From NCBI GenBank assembly GCA_943329075.2, contig CALQCM020000007.1:1-32000 (forward strand): a stretch of 32,000 nucleotides of DNA, given 5' to 3'. The stretch is from Chitinophaga pinensis. GTDB taxonomy: Bacteria; Pseudomonadota; Gammaproteobacteria; Burkholderiales; SG8-41. The position numbers were made by a program, and so were the translations under genes. This document shows, in pieces, positions 15,116 through 24,700 of this stretch (position 1 is its first letter; every line of letters starts with the position of its first letter). The notes beneath the pieces were generated by a model, which was given only the letters and a program-made list of their open reading frames with translations, searched no databases and was not told the DNA's origin.

Positions 15116-15174
15116 CCGGCAGAAGTTCTGAGAAATTCCGCGCAGCGGCATGACGGCGGCATCTTCCGGCAAAA

Positions 15175-15489
15175 CTACATGCTGCCGGCGCAGAACAGAC
15201 CGCGCGCGACTTTCGCCTCGCGCACCGTCGCAGCGGTGACCGGCTGCGTTATCGTGGCGAGCGCAAGCCGCGTCGGCGCCACCATCTCGCTGCCGAATTC
15301 GGTGATCTGCAGGATCTGGCCCGGCGCGATGCCGCCGGCGCGCAGTGCCGGCAATACGATCGTGCGCGCGACCGCCGGTGCGGCCGCTGTGTCGTCGCCG
15401 CGCGCGCCCGGCGCGATGCTCCACAATATTCCGCCCAGCACGAGCATTGCCGCCGCTCCGCGCGAAAAATTCATCCGTTTGACTCGCAT
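15175..15489 (-). CDS. possible small exported protein (104 aa), function unknown
   Basis: GGGAG lies 8 nt upstream of the ATG at 15489. MRVKRMNFSRGAAAMLVLGGILWSIAPGARG looks like a signal peptide. The remainder is not assignable. The high-GC context means a spurious ORF is possible. Confidence 0.3.
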   Translation of the reverse strand: MRVKRMNFSRGAAAMLVLGGILWSIAPGARGDDTAAAPAVARTIVLPALRAGGIAPGQILQITEFGSEMVAPTRLALATITQPVTAATVREAKVARGLFCAGSM

Positions 15490-15594
15490 GATTGCAGCTC
15501 CCGGGTTGCACGCGGCGTACCCCGCCGACGGCGCCCAATGCCGTTGCCCCTCTTCCATGACAATTGACGGCCGCGGACGCGGCGAACTTGAGGA

Positions 15595-15726
15595 CATTCG
15601 TCGCTGTCGTCGGATGCCAACCGTGCGATGGGCAAAAGTGTGGGCGTCGATGCCTATGTGCCGAAGTTCGATCCGACCATACTGGCCGACACCCTGCGGC
15701 CGCTGCTCGAGGCGCGTGCCGCCTGA
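15595..15726 (+). pseudogene. cheV: 3' stub of a CheV-like (CheW-receiver) gene
   Basis: HSSLSSDANRAMGKSVGVDAYVPKFDPTILADTLRPLLEARAA ends at the stop at 15724-15726. It is preceded in frame by a TGA at 15589-15591. The HSSLS...VGxDxYxxKF pattern is typical of the end of CheV receiver domains. No upstream CheW or receiver sequence is present. Confidence 0.5.
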
Positions 15727-15798
15727 ACGGGCGCGCGCGGACCAAACGCTGATGCAACAGAAACGTGAACAGGACAAAACTGGAATGACGGGTGAATC

Positions 15799-16200
15799 AT
15801 GAGTGATCCAAAAATGAAATTCTTGGTGGTGGACGATTTCTCGACGATGCGCCGCATTGTGCGCGGACTTCTGAAGGAACTCGGCTTTCTCAATGTCGAC
15901 GAAGCCGAGGACGGCGTGGTCGCGCTGGCGAAGCTCAAAAGCGAAGCGTTCGATTTTGTAGTGTCCGACTGGAATATGCCAAACATGACCGGCATCGATT
16001 TGCTGCGGGCGATCCGCGCCGACGCGGCGTTGGCGCACCTGCCGGTGCTGATGGTGACGGCCGAGGCAAAAAAGGAAAACATCATCGCCGCGGCGCAGGC
16101 GGGTGCCAGCGGGTATGTCGTCAAGCCGTTCACGGCGGCCACACTCGATGAAAAACTCAACAAGATTTTCAAAATGATGGGTGCCAAGGAGGCCGCATGA
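15799..16200 (+). CDS. cheY: chemotaxis response regulator CheY
   Basis: 133 aa, very similar to E. coli CheY as I recall it. Matching segments include [59 protein letters not shown] and EKLNKIF. All active-site residues are present (DD, D57-equivalent, T, K). Confidence 0.9.
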   Translation: MSDPKMKFLVVDDFSTMRRIVRGLLKELGFLNVDEAEDGVVALAKLKSEAFDFVVSDWNMPNMTGIDLLRAIRADAALAHLPVLMVTAEAKKENIIAAAQAGASGYVVKPFTAATLDEKLNKIFKMMGAKEAA

Positions 16201-16316
16201 GTGCCGTTGCAGACAACGAAGCTGATTCGCCCGATCTCGAGGCGCTGTTCGACAGTATCGTCGAGGCCAATGCGACGCCGGATGGCGTAGGCGCTGATGG
16301 AGCGGTGGGCGGTTGA
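16197..16316 (+). pseudogene. cheZ: probable cheZ 5' remnant (39 codons)
   Basis: ATG 16197-16199 overlaps the cheY TGA (ATGA). [39 protein letters not shown] is followed by a stop at 16314-16316. The acidic DLEALFDSI N-terminus and the position after cheY fit CheZ, but this is from recollection. The ~200-aa remainder is absent. Confidence 0.4.
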
Positions 16317-16340
16317 GAACATATGGATATTTTCCGAAGG

Positions 16341-16715
16341 CTAATTGGATGACTTGTTATTGTTGACGGGCATGTTGGCGAGCTGCTGCGTGAGGAAAGT
16401 GCTGGTCGAGTTGAGCCGGCTGATCATCGTATCGAGCGCGGTGAACTGCGCGCGGTAACGCGCTTCGGTCGCGGTCAGCTGGCGGTTGATCCTGGCACGC
16501 TGGGCGCTGATGTCGGTCAGGCTGTTGTTGATGCCGGTGCTGCGTCCGGCCAGTGCGCTGCCGTCGGCGAGTGCGCTGGCGGCGAGTTTATTGAGCAATG
16601 TCGCGTAGCCGCCGGAAAAACCCAGCGTGCCGTCGACGCCGGAAACGACCTGTGCCGGCGTGCCCGTGTATTTGATCTGCAGGCCCTCACCGGCGGTACC
16701 GGTCGCACCGGTCAC
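16341..16715 (-). pseudogene. fliD: 3' fragment of flagellar filament cap gene fliD
   Basis: ...GRSTGINNSLTDISAQRARINRQLTATEARYRAQFTALDTMISRLNSTSTFLTQQLANM matches the conserved FliD C-terminal region. Only about 124 codons are present. The upstream end abuts the truncated GGDEF ORF at ~16711. Confidence 0.7.
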
Positions 16716-17976
16716 CGCCGAAACGCGCCACGCTGTCGCCGGGGCGCACGGTTTCGCGGATCACCTGGGCGAGAAGGGTCAGCGCATCGTCGCCGACGGC
16801 GTGGCCGAAGTTGTCGTTCAGTTCCTTGAAATTATCGACGTCGAGCAGCGCCAGCGAGAGACGGTGGTGTTTGCGTTCAGTCGCCGCGATTTCGCGCGAG
16901 AAGGCGTCGTTGAGGCCGCGCCGGTTAAGCGTGCCGGTGAGGCTGTCGATGCGCACCTGTTCACTGGCCTGCGCGAGCTCCGCTTCGAGATCGGCAACCT
17001 TGCGTTCGGCGGCATCGACCTGCTGGCGCGCGTTCAGCACTTCCGCGCGCGCGCGCAGCGTGCTGGCCTGCACGTCGCGGGTTTCGCGCAGCACGTCACC
17101 GAGCAGGCGGTTGAGTTGGTCCACATCGTCAGTCTGGCGGATCTGCTGGGCCAGATTCTCCACGGTGTCGTGATAGTCGCCGGTGGCCGCCGACAGATTG
17201 CCGAGCTGGTCGATGAACGAGCCGATCATCTGTTTCATGGTCGCCTTGACCTCGCCCAGCCCGCGTTTGAGCAGCGACTGGCGCACGATCAGGTCGGAGA
17301 GTCCGGTCTTGGCGGCTTCGATCGCCGCCATGTCGAGCGGACTCGAGATGGCGCGCAGCACTGCCGAAATCTGGCCGCGCAACCATTGGTCGTCAGCAAC
17401 GAGTTCGCCGACGTTTTCGATCAGCAGTTGCAGCAGTTCGAGCAGGCCGGTCTGCAGCTTGTTGCACGTGTTGCCGTACTGTTCGATGCGCCGCCACAGA
17501 AAATTCAGCTGTTCGCGCAGCGCCGTCACGTCGATGGCGCTGCCGTTGCGCAGTTTTTGCGCAATCGCATTGGCTTCGGCGGCCAGGCCCGGCGCGTCGA
17601 GCAGGCGCGCGCGCACGCTGATTTCCAGCGTTTGCGCCAGCAGTTCGCACAGTTCGGCCGGCGGTTGCGGCATGGTGGTTGTCGGGCGCGGCGCCTGGCG
17701 CTGCAGCGTCGAAGTGCCCTCGGCCACCTTGCCCGGGTCGGCGATCACCTCGCGGATGAGCTTGTGTGCGACAAATAATTTAAGCGCGTTATAGACCGTC
17801 GCCTTCGACGTCTCGGTGGCGCGGTCATTAGCCAGCGCGAGTACGCGGTCGGCCGACACATGCGTGTGGCGCGACAGAATCGCATGGGCGATCTCGATGC
17901 GCTGGTGCGTCGGGCTGATGCCGTGTTCGCGCAACAGCGCGGGCAGGCTTTCGCGTGTGTAGGTTTTATGTTCCAT
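16687..17976 (-). pseudogene. chimeric, truncated ORF: Fur-family wHTH fragment plus coiled-coil plus GGDEF domain cut inside the GGDEF motif
   Basis: aa 1-84 (LREHGISPTHQRIEIAHAIL...SKATVYNALKLFVAHKLIREVIADPGKV) form a Fur/Irr-type N-terminal DNA-binding domain without the metal-binding half. An internal Met at 17673 (MPQPPAELCELL) begins a long helical region. The GGDEF domain follows (RIDSLTGTLNRRGL, LLDVDNFKELNDNFGHAVGDDAL) and ends at ARFGGD plus 7 out-of-context codons and a stop. Confidence 0.65.
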
Positions 17977-18310
17977 GGTCCGGATCCAGGCCGGCCTGAT
18001 TCTAGGCCAACGTTTGGACAGTGTCTAATTGGCGCCCGTTAAATCGTTTTGCCGCGCTGTTTGCCGCCGGCGGCAGCGTTGCGTGACCTATTTCACGCGC
18101 GTCATGCCCCGCTCCGCCCCCTTTGGCGCGGTGCTAGAATTTAAATGCCGTAAGTTACCGTTCACAAGGCAATTAACTGTTTGTTTTAATTTAACAAATA
18201 CACATACGCTCGACCGGCTTTCCGTTCATGCGAACGGAGTGACCGCTTATCGGCAAAGCGTGGAAATGCCCGTCCACCCTCTTTAACATGCACACGTCTA
18301 GGAGAAAAAC

Positions 18311-18790
18311 ATGCAACGTTCGTCCGGCTTTACCTTGATCGAACTGATGATTACCGTGGCCATCGTGAGCATTCTGGTTGCCGTCGGATTGCCGTCTTAT
18401 CAGGCGCACATGATCAAAGCGGTGCGCTCCCAGGGCCAGCAGTTTCTGCTGGACCTGGCGCAGCGCGAGGAACAATACTTTCTTGATGCACGCTGGTATG
18501 CGTCTGGCATCGCCGCATCATCAACGGCGGGCATGATGACCATCTCCGTTCCCGACACCGTGGCCGCCAAGTACGACGCCCCCGTGTTTACCGTGCCGGC
18601 GCAGGCCGCCGGTGTGGCGCCGACCTTCGTCATCGCCCTGCCGCCGAAAGCCGGCGGCACTGTCACCGCCGACGGCAGACTGCTCATCAACAATCTGGGG
18701 CAGCGCTGGCGCGAAGTTGATAACAACGATGCCTATGACAGCGCAAAAGATTGCACCTGGGAAAAAAGCACGTGCACGCCAACGCCATAA
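18311..18790 (+). CDS. pilE: type IV pilus minor pilin PilE-like
   Basis: AGGAG lies upstream of the ATG. It has the prepilin N-terminus MQRSSGFTLIELMITVAIVSILVAVGLPSYQ (G/F cleavage-methylation motif, E5). Confidence 0.8.
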   Translation: MQRSSGFTLIELMITVAIVSILVAVGLPSYQAHMIKAVRSQGQQFLLDLAQREEQYFLDARWYASGIAASSTAGMMTISVPDTVAAKYDAPVFTVPAQAAGVAPTFVIALPPKAGGTVTADGRLLINNLGQRWREVDNNDAYDSAKDCTWEKSTCTPTP

Positions 18791-18801
18791 CTTTCGCCGC
18801 C

Positions 18802-19395
18802 ATGCGGCGCGGCAACGCGCGCGGGTTCACCCTGCTCGAGTTGATGATCGTGCTGGTGATCATCGGCATCATGACAACCATCGCGTTACCGCCGATGGTC
18901 GATTTTGTCGCCGAGCAGCGTGTGCGCACGGTCGCCTCTGACATGGTGTCGGAAATCGCGTTTGCGCGTGCCAAAGCGGTTGAATCGGGGCGCCGCGTCA
19001 TCATGGAGCGTCTCAGTGCCAGCGGCTGGGATCTCGGCTGGCGCACCTATATCGACGTCAACGGCAACGGCAGCTATGACGCCGGCGCCGATACCGAGAT
19101 CAAGCAGTTCAACGGCTTCGGCACCGGCGCGGCCGCTGCGACGGGGCGGCTTTACGTCTGCAGCAACACGGCGGATTTCGCCACCCGCATTATCTTCCGG
19201 CCGGATGGCCGCGTCGTGCGTTCTGCGACCGCGACCACCGTCAACGACGGCCTCTATGTGGTCGACCCGATGGGCGACAGCGATATTTGCAACAACAAGA
19301 CACGCGCGGTGCTGTTTGATCTGTCCGGCCGCGTCAACAGCCGCATCATCACCAGTACCGTTGCCGGCTGCAAGGGAGTAACGCCGCCATGCTGA
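18802..19395 (+). CDS. fimT: GspH/FimT-family minor pilin
   Basis: The start was moved to the ATG at 18802 (MRRGNARGFTLLELMIVLVIIGIMTTIALP). The body has GspH-like features (ARAKAVESGRRV..., GWDLGWRTYIDVNGNG). Assignment as FimT rather than FimU is not resolvable by eye. Confidence 0.7.
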   Translation: MRRGNARGFTLLELMIVLVIIGIMTTIALPPMVDFVAEQRVRTVASDMVSEIAFARAKAVESGRRVIMERLSASGWDLGWRTYIDVNGNGSYDAGADTEIKQFNGFGTGAAAATGRLYVCSNTADFATRIIFRPDGRVVRSATATTVNDGLYVVDPMGDSDICNNKTRAVLFDLSGRVNSRIITSTVAGCKGVTPPC

Positions 19396-20045
19396 ACCAG
19401 CGCGGATTTACACTGATTGAAGTGCTGGTCACCCTGGTGATTCTGCTGTTCGGCCTGCTCGGCATCGCCGGCCTCATGGCCAAAGGCCAGCGCGTGGCCT
19501 TCGAGGCTTTGCAGCGCCAGCAGGCACTGGCACTGGCGGCCGACATGTCGGAGCGCATCCTCGGCAATCGTTCGCAGGCCGCCGGTTATGCCACCGCCGC
19601 GCCGCTGGCGACGCCCGCCGGCGCCGGCTACGGCCTTTATTATGCCGATTTGCTGAAAAACAACATTACGAACTGCGCGACCGGCAATTGCACGAATCTC
19701 GAACTGCAACGCTATGACGTAGCGATGTGGGAGGGCCTGTTGCTCGGTTATACCGAACGGCTGGCGGTCGGCGGCACCATCATCGGCGGCATCGTCAACG
19801 CCAACGGCTGCATTGTGCAACTGGCCACAACATCGGCGAACTGCCCGGCCGCGCCCGCTGCTGTGGGCAGCCTGTTTACGCGCACACTCAGAATCAGCGT
19901 GGTCTGGCAGGGTAACGAAGACACGGTGGACCCGAGTCTGGTCGCCGGCAATGCCAACATGACCTGTGGCACGGGCCTTTACCGGTCGGCCACCAGCCGG
20001 CGCATCATTTCGACCGATGTCAATGTCCTGGAGTCATGCCCATGA
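19389..20045 (+). CDS. pilV: type IV pilus minor pilin PilV
   Basis: MLNQRGFTLIEVLVTLVILLFGLLGIAGL is a typical PilV N-terminus. The start overlaps the fimT stop. Confidence 0.8.
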   Translation: MLNQRGFTLIEVLVTLVILLFGLLGIAGLMAKGQRVAFEALQRQQALALAADMSERILGNRSQAAGYATAAPLATPAGAGYGLYYADLLKNNITNCATGNCTNLELQRYDVAMWEGLLLGYTERLAVGGTIIGGIVNANGCIVQLATTSANCPAAPAAVGSLFTRTLRISVVWQGNEDTVDPSLVAGNANMTCGTGLYRSATSRRIISTDVNVLESCP

Positions 20046-21187
20046 TTCGCTCGCATCTGCACAAGGCATGGCAGGCGGGTTTGTCGCTGATCGAGTTGAT
20101 GGTGGGACTGACCATCGGCCTGTTTCTGACATTGGGCATGTTCGTGCTGATCACGAATTCTTCAAGCGCTTTCAAGGTGCAGGATGACTTCGCGCGCATG
20201 CAGGAAAATGCCACTTCGGCGATGCGTTACATCGGCAGTTCTTTGCGCATGGCCGGCTTTTACGGTTACGCGCAGGACGCGAGCGTGATTAACACGACCT
20301 TCGGCGCGGTCAGCACAACCACCGACTGCGGCTCCGCCACCAATACACCATTAAGCAATTGGGCGATCGACCTGCGTTTTTCGGTGTTCGGTCTGCAGGG
20401 CTTGACACAATCGGACATCAATACGACGGTGCCGTGCGTCGCTGTGGCGAATTTTCTTGAAATTACCGGCGGACAGCAGATTCTGGTGACGCGGGGCGCG
20501 CTCGGCACGCGTGTCGCGGATCCCAACGCAGACGGCAATCTGGCCGATGGTCTGGCCGCCATGCGCAATTACACGACGACTATTTTTGTGCAGGCCGATC
20601 CCGGCGAAGGTCTGATTTTCTACGGTAATGATTTCACCACGCTCAAGGGCGCGGCGCGCACACGCACGCTGCCAAACGGAAACGACATCGATATTTTTGA
20701 ATTTGCGGCACATGTCTATTACATCCGTCCGTGCAGCCGCTTTGCAGCGGGCGCCACCGCGTGCACTGCCGCGGCCGACGACGGCAGGCCGATTCCAACG
20801 CTGGTCCGCCAGGAACTCTCAGGCAGCGCGATGACCGAGGTTGCGCTGGCAGAGGGCATCGAGCGCATGAATCTGCTCTACGGCATCGACAACGTTCCGG
20901 CAGGCGCCCCCGACGGCGTTGCCGACACGTTCACCACCACACCGGCGGCAGCTGACTGGCAGAACGTGGTATCGGTCAGGGTGACATTGCTGGTGCGTTC
21001 GAACACACTGACCGCCCAATATGACGACGGCGCAAAAACCTACGATCTCGACGGCGACAACGCGATCACTGCAGCCGACTATAACTGCACGACCGACGTC
21101 GCCACGCCGTCAGCCTGCCGGTACAAACGCAAAGTCTTTTCGCAGCTGGTACAGCTGCGCAACATTGCCCAACGGAGGGGCCTGTGA
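20042..21187 (+). CDS. pilW: type IV pilus assembly protein PilW
   Basis: GLSLIELMVGLTIGLFLTLGMF...MQENATSAMRYIGSSLRMAGF is a PilW signature. The ATG at 20042 overlaps the pilV TGA (ATGA) and has GGAG 9 nt upstream. The ORF-track start at 20036 is an alternative. Confidence 0.8.
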   Translation: MIRSHLHKAWQAGLSLIELMVGLTIGLFLTLGMFVLITNSSSAFKVQDDFARMQENATSAMRYIGSSLRMAGFYGYAQDASVINTTFGAVSTTTDCGSATNTPLSNWAIDLRFSVFGLQGLTQSDINTTVPCVAVANFLEITGGQQILVTRGALGTRVADPNADGNLADGLAAMRNYTTTIFVQADPGEGLIFYGNDFTTLKGAARTRTLPNGNDIDIFEFAAHVYYIRPCSRFAAGATACTAAADDGRPIPTLVRQELSGSAMTEVALAEGIERMNLLYGIDNVPAGAPDGVADTFTTTPAAADWQNVVSVRVTLLVRSNTLTAQYDDGAKTYDLDGDNAITAADYNCTTDVATPSACRYKRKVFSQLVQLRNIAQRRGL

Positions 21188-21681
21188 TGCCCGTTTATAT
21201 CCAATCGCGCCAGCGTGGCGCCGTGCTCATCGTCAGCCTGATCATGCTCGCGGTGATGTCCTTGTTCGTGGTTTCCATGCTGAGAACCTCGATCCTCGAA
21301 CTCAAGATCGGCGGCGCCAGCCACGTTTTCCAGCTCAATTTTTCGAACGCCGAATACGCCATCAACAAATGGATCAACGATAACAACGGTCGCCTTGCGC
21401 CGAATTTTCTGGCGATCACACCCGTGCTGAGCGCCGGCTGCAATGTCACCACCACCGGCTCCGCCCAGTGCACCGATCCGCCAACTGTCTACGGCGGCAC
21501 GGTTGCCCTGGCGCCCACGCAGATCCACTGCGGCCCGTGGGCGCAGTTCGGCAACATGATGGGATCGATGCAGCTCTCGGCGGTGCAATTCGACATCCGC
21601 GCCACCGCCACCGGCACGCTGGGCGGCACCACCGTCGTGCACCAGGGCGCACAGTCACTGGCACCACCCGGCACCTGTTAA
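21187..21681 (+). CDS. pilX: type IV pilus minor pilin PilX
   Basis: RGAVLIVSLIMLAVMSLFVVSMLRTSILELKIGG is a PilX N-terminal domain pattern. The ATG at 21187 overlaps the pilW TGA and has GGAGG 8 nt upstream. The GTG at 21184 is an alternative start. Confidence 0.75.
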   Translation: MPVYIQSRQRGAVLIVSLIMLAVMSLFVVSMLRTSILELKIGGASHVFQLNFSNAEYAINKWINDNNGRLAPNFLAITPVLSAGCNVTTTGSAQCTDPPTVYGGTVALAPTQIHCGPWAQFGNMMGSMQLSAVQFDIRATATGTLGGTTVVHQGAQSLAPPGTC

Positions 21682-21734
21682 AGCATTTGCAAACCATTGG
21701 TAGCTCCACCGGTAATCCGTCACAACTCAGCCAA

Positions 21735-24700
21735 ATGAGGTCTGTCGTGAAAAAACGAAATCTTTTTTCAAAATCCATTGCCTGGTTGCTCATTACGACG
21801 CTGGTCAATCCGGCGTTGATGGCGCCTGCGTTTTCGCGCGACACGGATATTTTCCTCTCGACCACCACCGGATCAACCACCGCCGAGCCGAACATCATGA
21901 TCGTGCTCGACACCTCGGATTCCATGAATCTCCCGGAGGCGTGGCGGGAGTACTCCGGCACCTACGATTCGCACATTGAATACCTGTGGAACGATATCAA
22001 CGTCATCAGCAGCACCGAGCAAACCACCGAATCGGGGACCAAAATTTCCACCGCCGACGCCACTTCGGTGGCCCACCCGGTCAGCCCTTACGGCTTCTGG
22101 GCGGGTGCAACGCTGGCCGACCGGCGCGCCATCTGGAACGCGGCCAGAATCTACGCCAATGCCACCCAGGGCGGCGACCCCGGAGCGCGTTCGACCTGGC
22201 GCAATTACAGCGAGGGTTCGCCGAGTTACCCGGCGCTCTCAAATTACTATTGGCTGCCGGCTGGCACCAGCGATTCCGATCCACTCCTGCGCTCACCGTC
22301 ATTCAACCGCTTCCGCGGCTATCAAAGCAGTATCACCGGCACCCGCGGCGGCCTGATATTTCCGGGAACCACCGACTACAGCAGCCTCAACGCCTGCTCT
22401 GCTTCTCAAGGATCATTGATAGCGTCGACGGTATTTCGCCCGAGCGCGACACCGCGCAATGCGGGGGTCTATCCGAATGACCAGTGGTTCCGCTGGGAGC
22501 CCTATGCGGTGCTGGACGCGCAGAATGTCGCCGTGTATCCCGGCAGCCAGACCGTGACCAATGGCTATATTCAGGGTTATCTCGACTCGTCGATTTTGCC
22601 GCCCGGCTCATGGAGTCCGTTGCCGGCCAGCCGGCCGGCCCGTGACAACACCGGCGGCACCAACGCCTCCAGCCAGGGCCAGCCGATCCGCCTGCGTAAC
22701 GCCGTGAACAGCGGTGCGACCTGGCGTAATGTCGCTGCCGATCTCGGCGGTTACGAATTTCAAAGTTACGTAAACGGCCTGAGCGGATCAATTTTGCAAA
22801 GTCTGCGCGGCACCTATGCTTACACACTGCTCGCGGCAGTCGGCGCGGCTGGCACCGTTCCTGCAGAACGCTTCAGCGCCTGGCTCGGCAATCGCGATGC
22901 CTTGCCCAATTTTGAGAAAAGCACCGGCACGCCGGCCTATTACGATGCGACCTCTTCGCCACTGACGGCCTGTGACCCTTTGACCGGCCCAGGCAGCGGG
23001 ACTTGCATCAACGTCACCACCGGCGGATCAGCGAATATTACGTTGACGAAAACGCGTGCCTGCACCTATAACGCCGGCCTCACCGAACTCGATGCAAGCG
23101 GCACAACGCGGCGCTACAACGGCACCTGCACTGGCGCCGCCGTCGTTAATGTGTGCGGTGTCGATATCACCTGCAGCGGCGATACGAACGGCGTGGCTTA
23201 TCCCAACTACAGCGACGTGGCAAATCCGGCCCCCTGCACCGCCACCACGGTCAAACAGAATACATTCATCAACATCAATTATCAGAGCTGCGCATGGTCG
23301 CCCGCGCGCTCCAGCGTCGCGGTCGCCGCCTGCGCCTGGTCGGCGGCACGCACCTCGGTGTATGTCGAGGGCCAGGGCTATTATTACTATGGCGGCACCT
23401 GTACCGAGAACAGCAGCACCAGCAGCTGCACCGCCGGCGGCAGCACCCTGACAGTCAACAGTGTGTCGCGCCCCAATGTGATGGGCCCCTACACCACCGA
23501 CACCGCGGGCAACAAGGCCCTCGGCTGCACCAACGCGCTGGCAGCCGGCACCTATTATTACGGCAGCACCTGCCAGGGCAACAATGTCAACGTCGGCACC
23601 ACACTGCGCGGCGGCACGCCGCCCGGGTCACCGTTACCGGGAGCCACCGGCCCGGCAACCGCCAATTGCACGATCAGCGGCACCACAGCATCGCAAACAA
23701 TACGCGGCACGGCCTATGCCAATACCGTTCTGAACAATGCCACCAACGGTTGCAATAACAACGCCCAGAACAATCAGACTTGTTCCGTACGCGGAGGCTA
23801 CGGCGGCGTGCAATGCGATAACCCGACGGCAGCGACCGCCTGCCCGGCCGTGCAGACCAGCCTCACCGGCGGCGGCACTTCGGCAACCAATAACTATTAT
23901 CTCGTCGCCAACCAAAGTGCCACCACCACCAATCTGGTACACGATTGCAAAGCCGATGCCCCGGCCGCGAACGGCGGCGCCTACATGCGCGGCGGCACGC
24001 TCAGAACCTTCGCCACGGCATACAACACCACCAATACGGATGCCAGCGCCACGGCATCCTATACGACCGTCGCCGGCAACTCCGTCAATTACGACAGCGA
24101 CAAAAACATCGATGTCTATTCGGTCAATTACCTGAACTGGAAATTCGGGCCGAAAGGGCCGAACGGCGATCCGATCGGGCGCAAGACCCGTCTGCAAATT
24201 GCCAAAGATGCATTGAGCGGCCTGGTGCAGAACACCGACGGCATCCGCTTCGGACTGACGGTTTTCAACAAAACAGCGTCCTGCAGCGCAACCACCGGCA
24301 GCATCACCGCGGGCACCAACCAGTTGACGGTGGACGATGCCACGCAATTCACGGTCGGCGACCCCATTTCCATCGGCGGCGCAAACGCAACCGGCGCGGT
24401 CCTGAACTCGGTGGTGACCGCCGTCTCAGGCACCACCTACACGATCGCGACCAGCACCACCAATCTCACCACGACCGGCAATATGACCGCCGGCAGCCAT
24501 TCTCTCACCGCCGTCGGCACCGTCACCGGTTATGCCATCGGTCAATCGATCAAGGTCGCCGGCGCCGGTGTTGCGGGAGCGGACCTGGTGGTAAACATCA
24601 CTAACATTTCGGGTTCGACATTCACCCTCGGTGGCGCCACTGCCGGCACGACGGTGGCGGGTGCCGTGGTGTCAATCGCAGCAGGCACTACCGTTAGCGG

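Noticed and set aside
15116-15802. C-terminal ~230 codons of ORF 14021..15802
   Set aside because: After ...ILGFNTVR the translation loses all HDOD similarity and becomes Arg/Ala/Pro-rich. It also runs across the cheV stub in a different frame. It is treated as non-coding read-through past a rearrangement junction.
16627-17778. 383-aa plus-strand ORF, plus similar long antisense ORFs at 30163..31281, 23634..24347, 14339..14968 and 15654..16322
   Set aside because: All overlap, on the opposite strand, genes or fragments with recognisable motifs (GGDEF ORF, ileS, pilY1, kinase, cheY). They have the low-complexity Arg/Ala/Gly composition typical of GC-rich shadow frames.
18150-18310. Sigma-54 promoter upstream of pilE
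   Set aside because: No TGGCAC-N5-TTGC match was found. Only a loose TGGAAATGCCC is present.
21468-21734. 89 codons upstream of the chosen pilY1 start in ORF 21468..27803
   Set aside because: They overlap pilX in another frame and read His/Arg-rich (RHPRHRHRHAGRHHRR). A signal peptide begins only at the Met at 21735.
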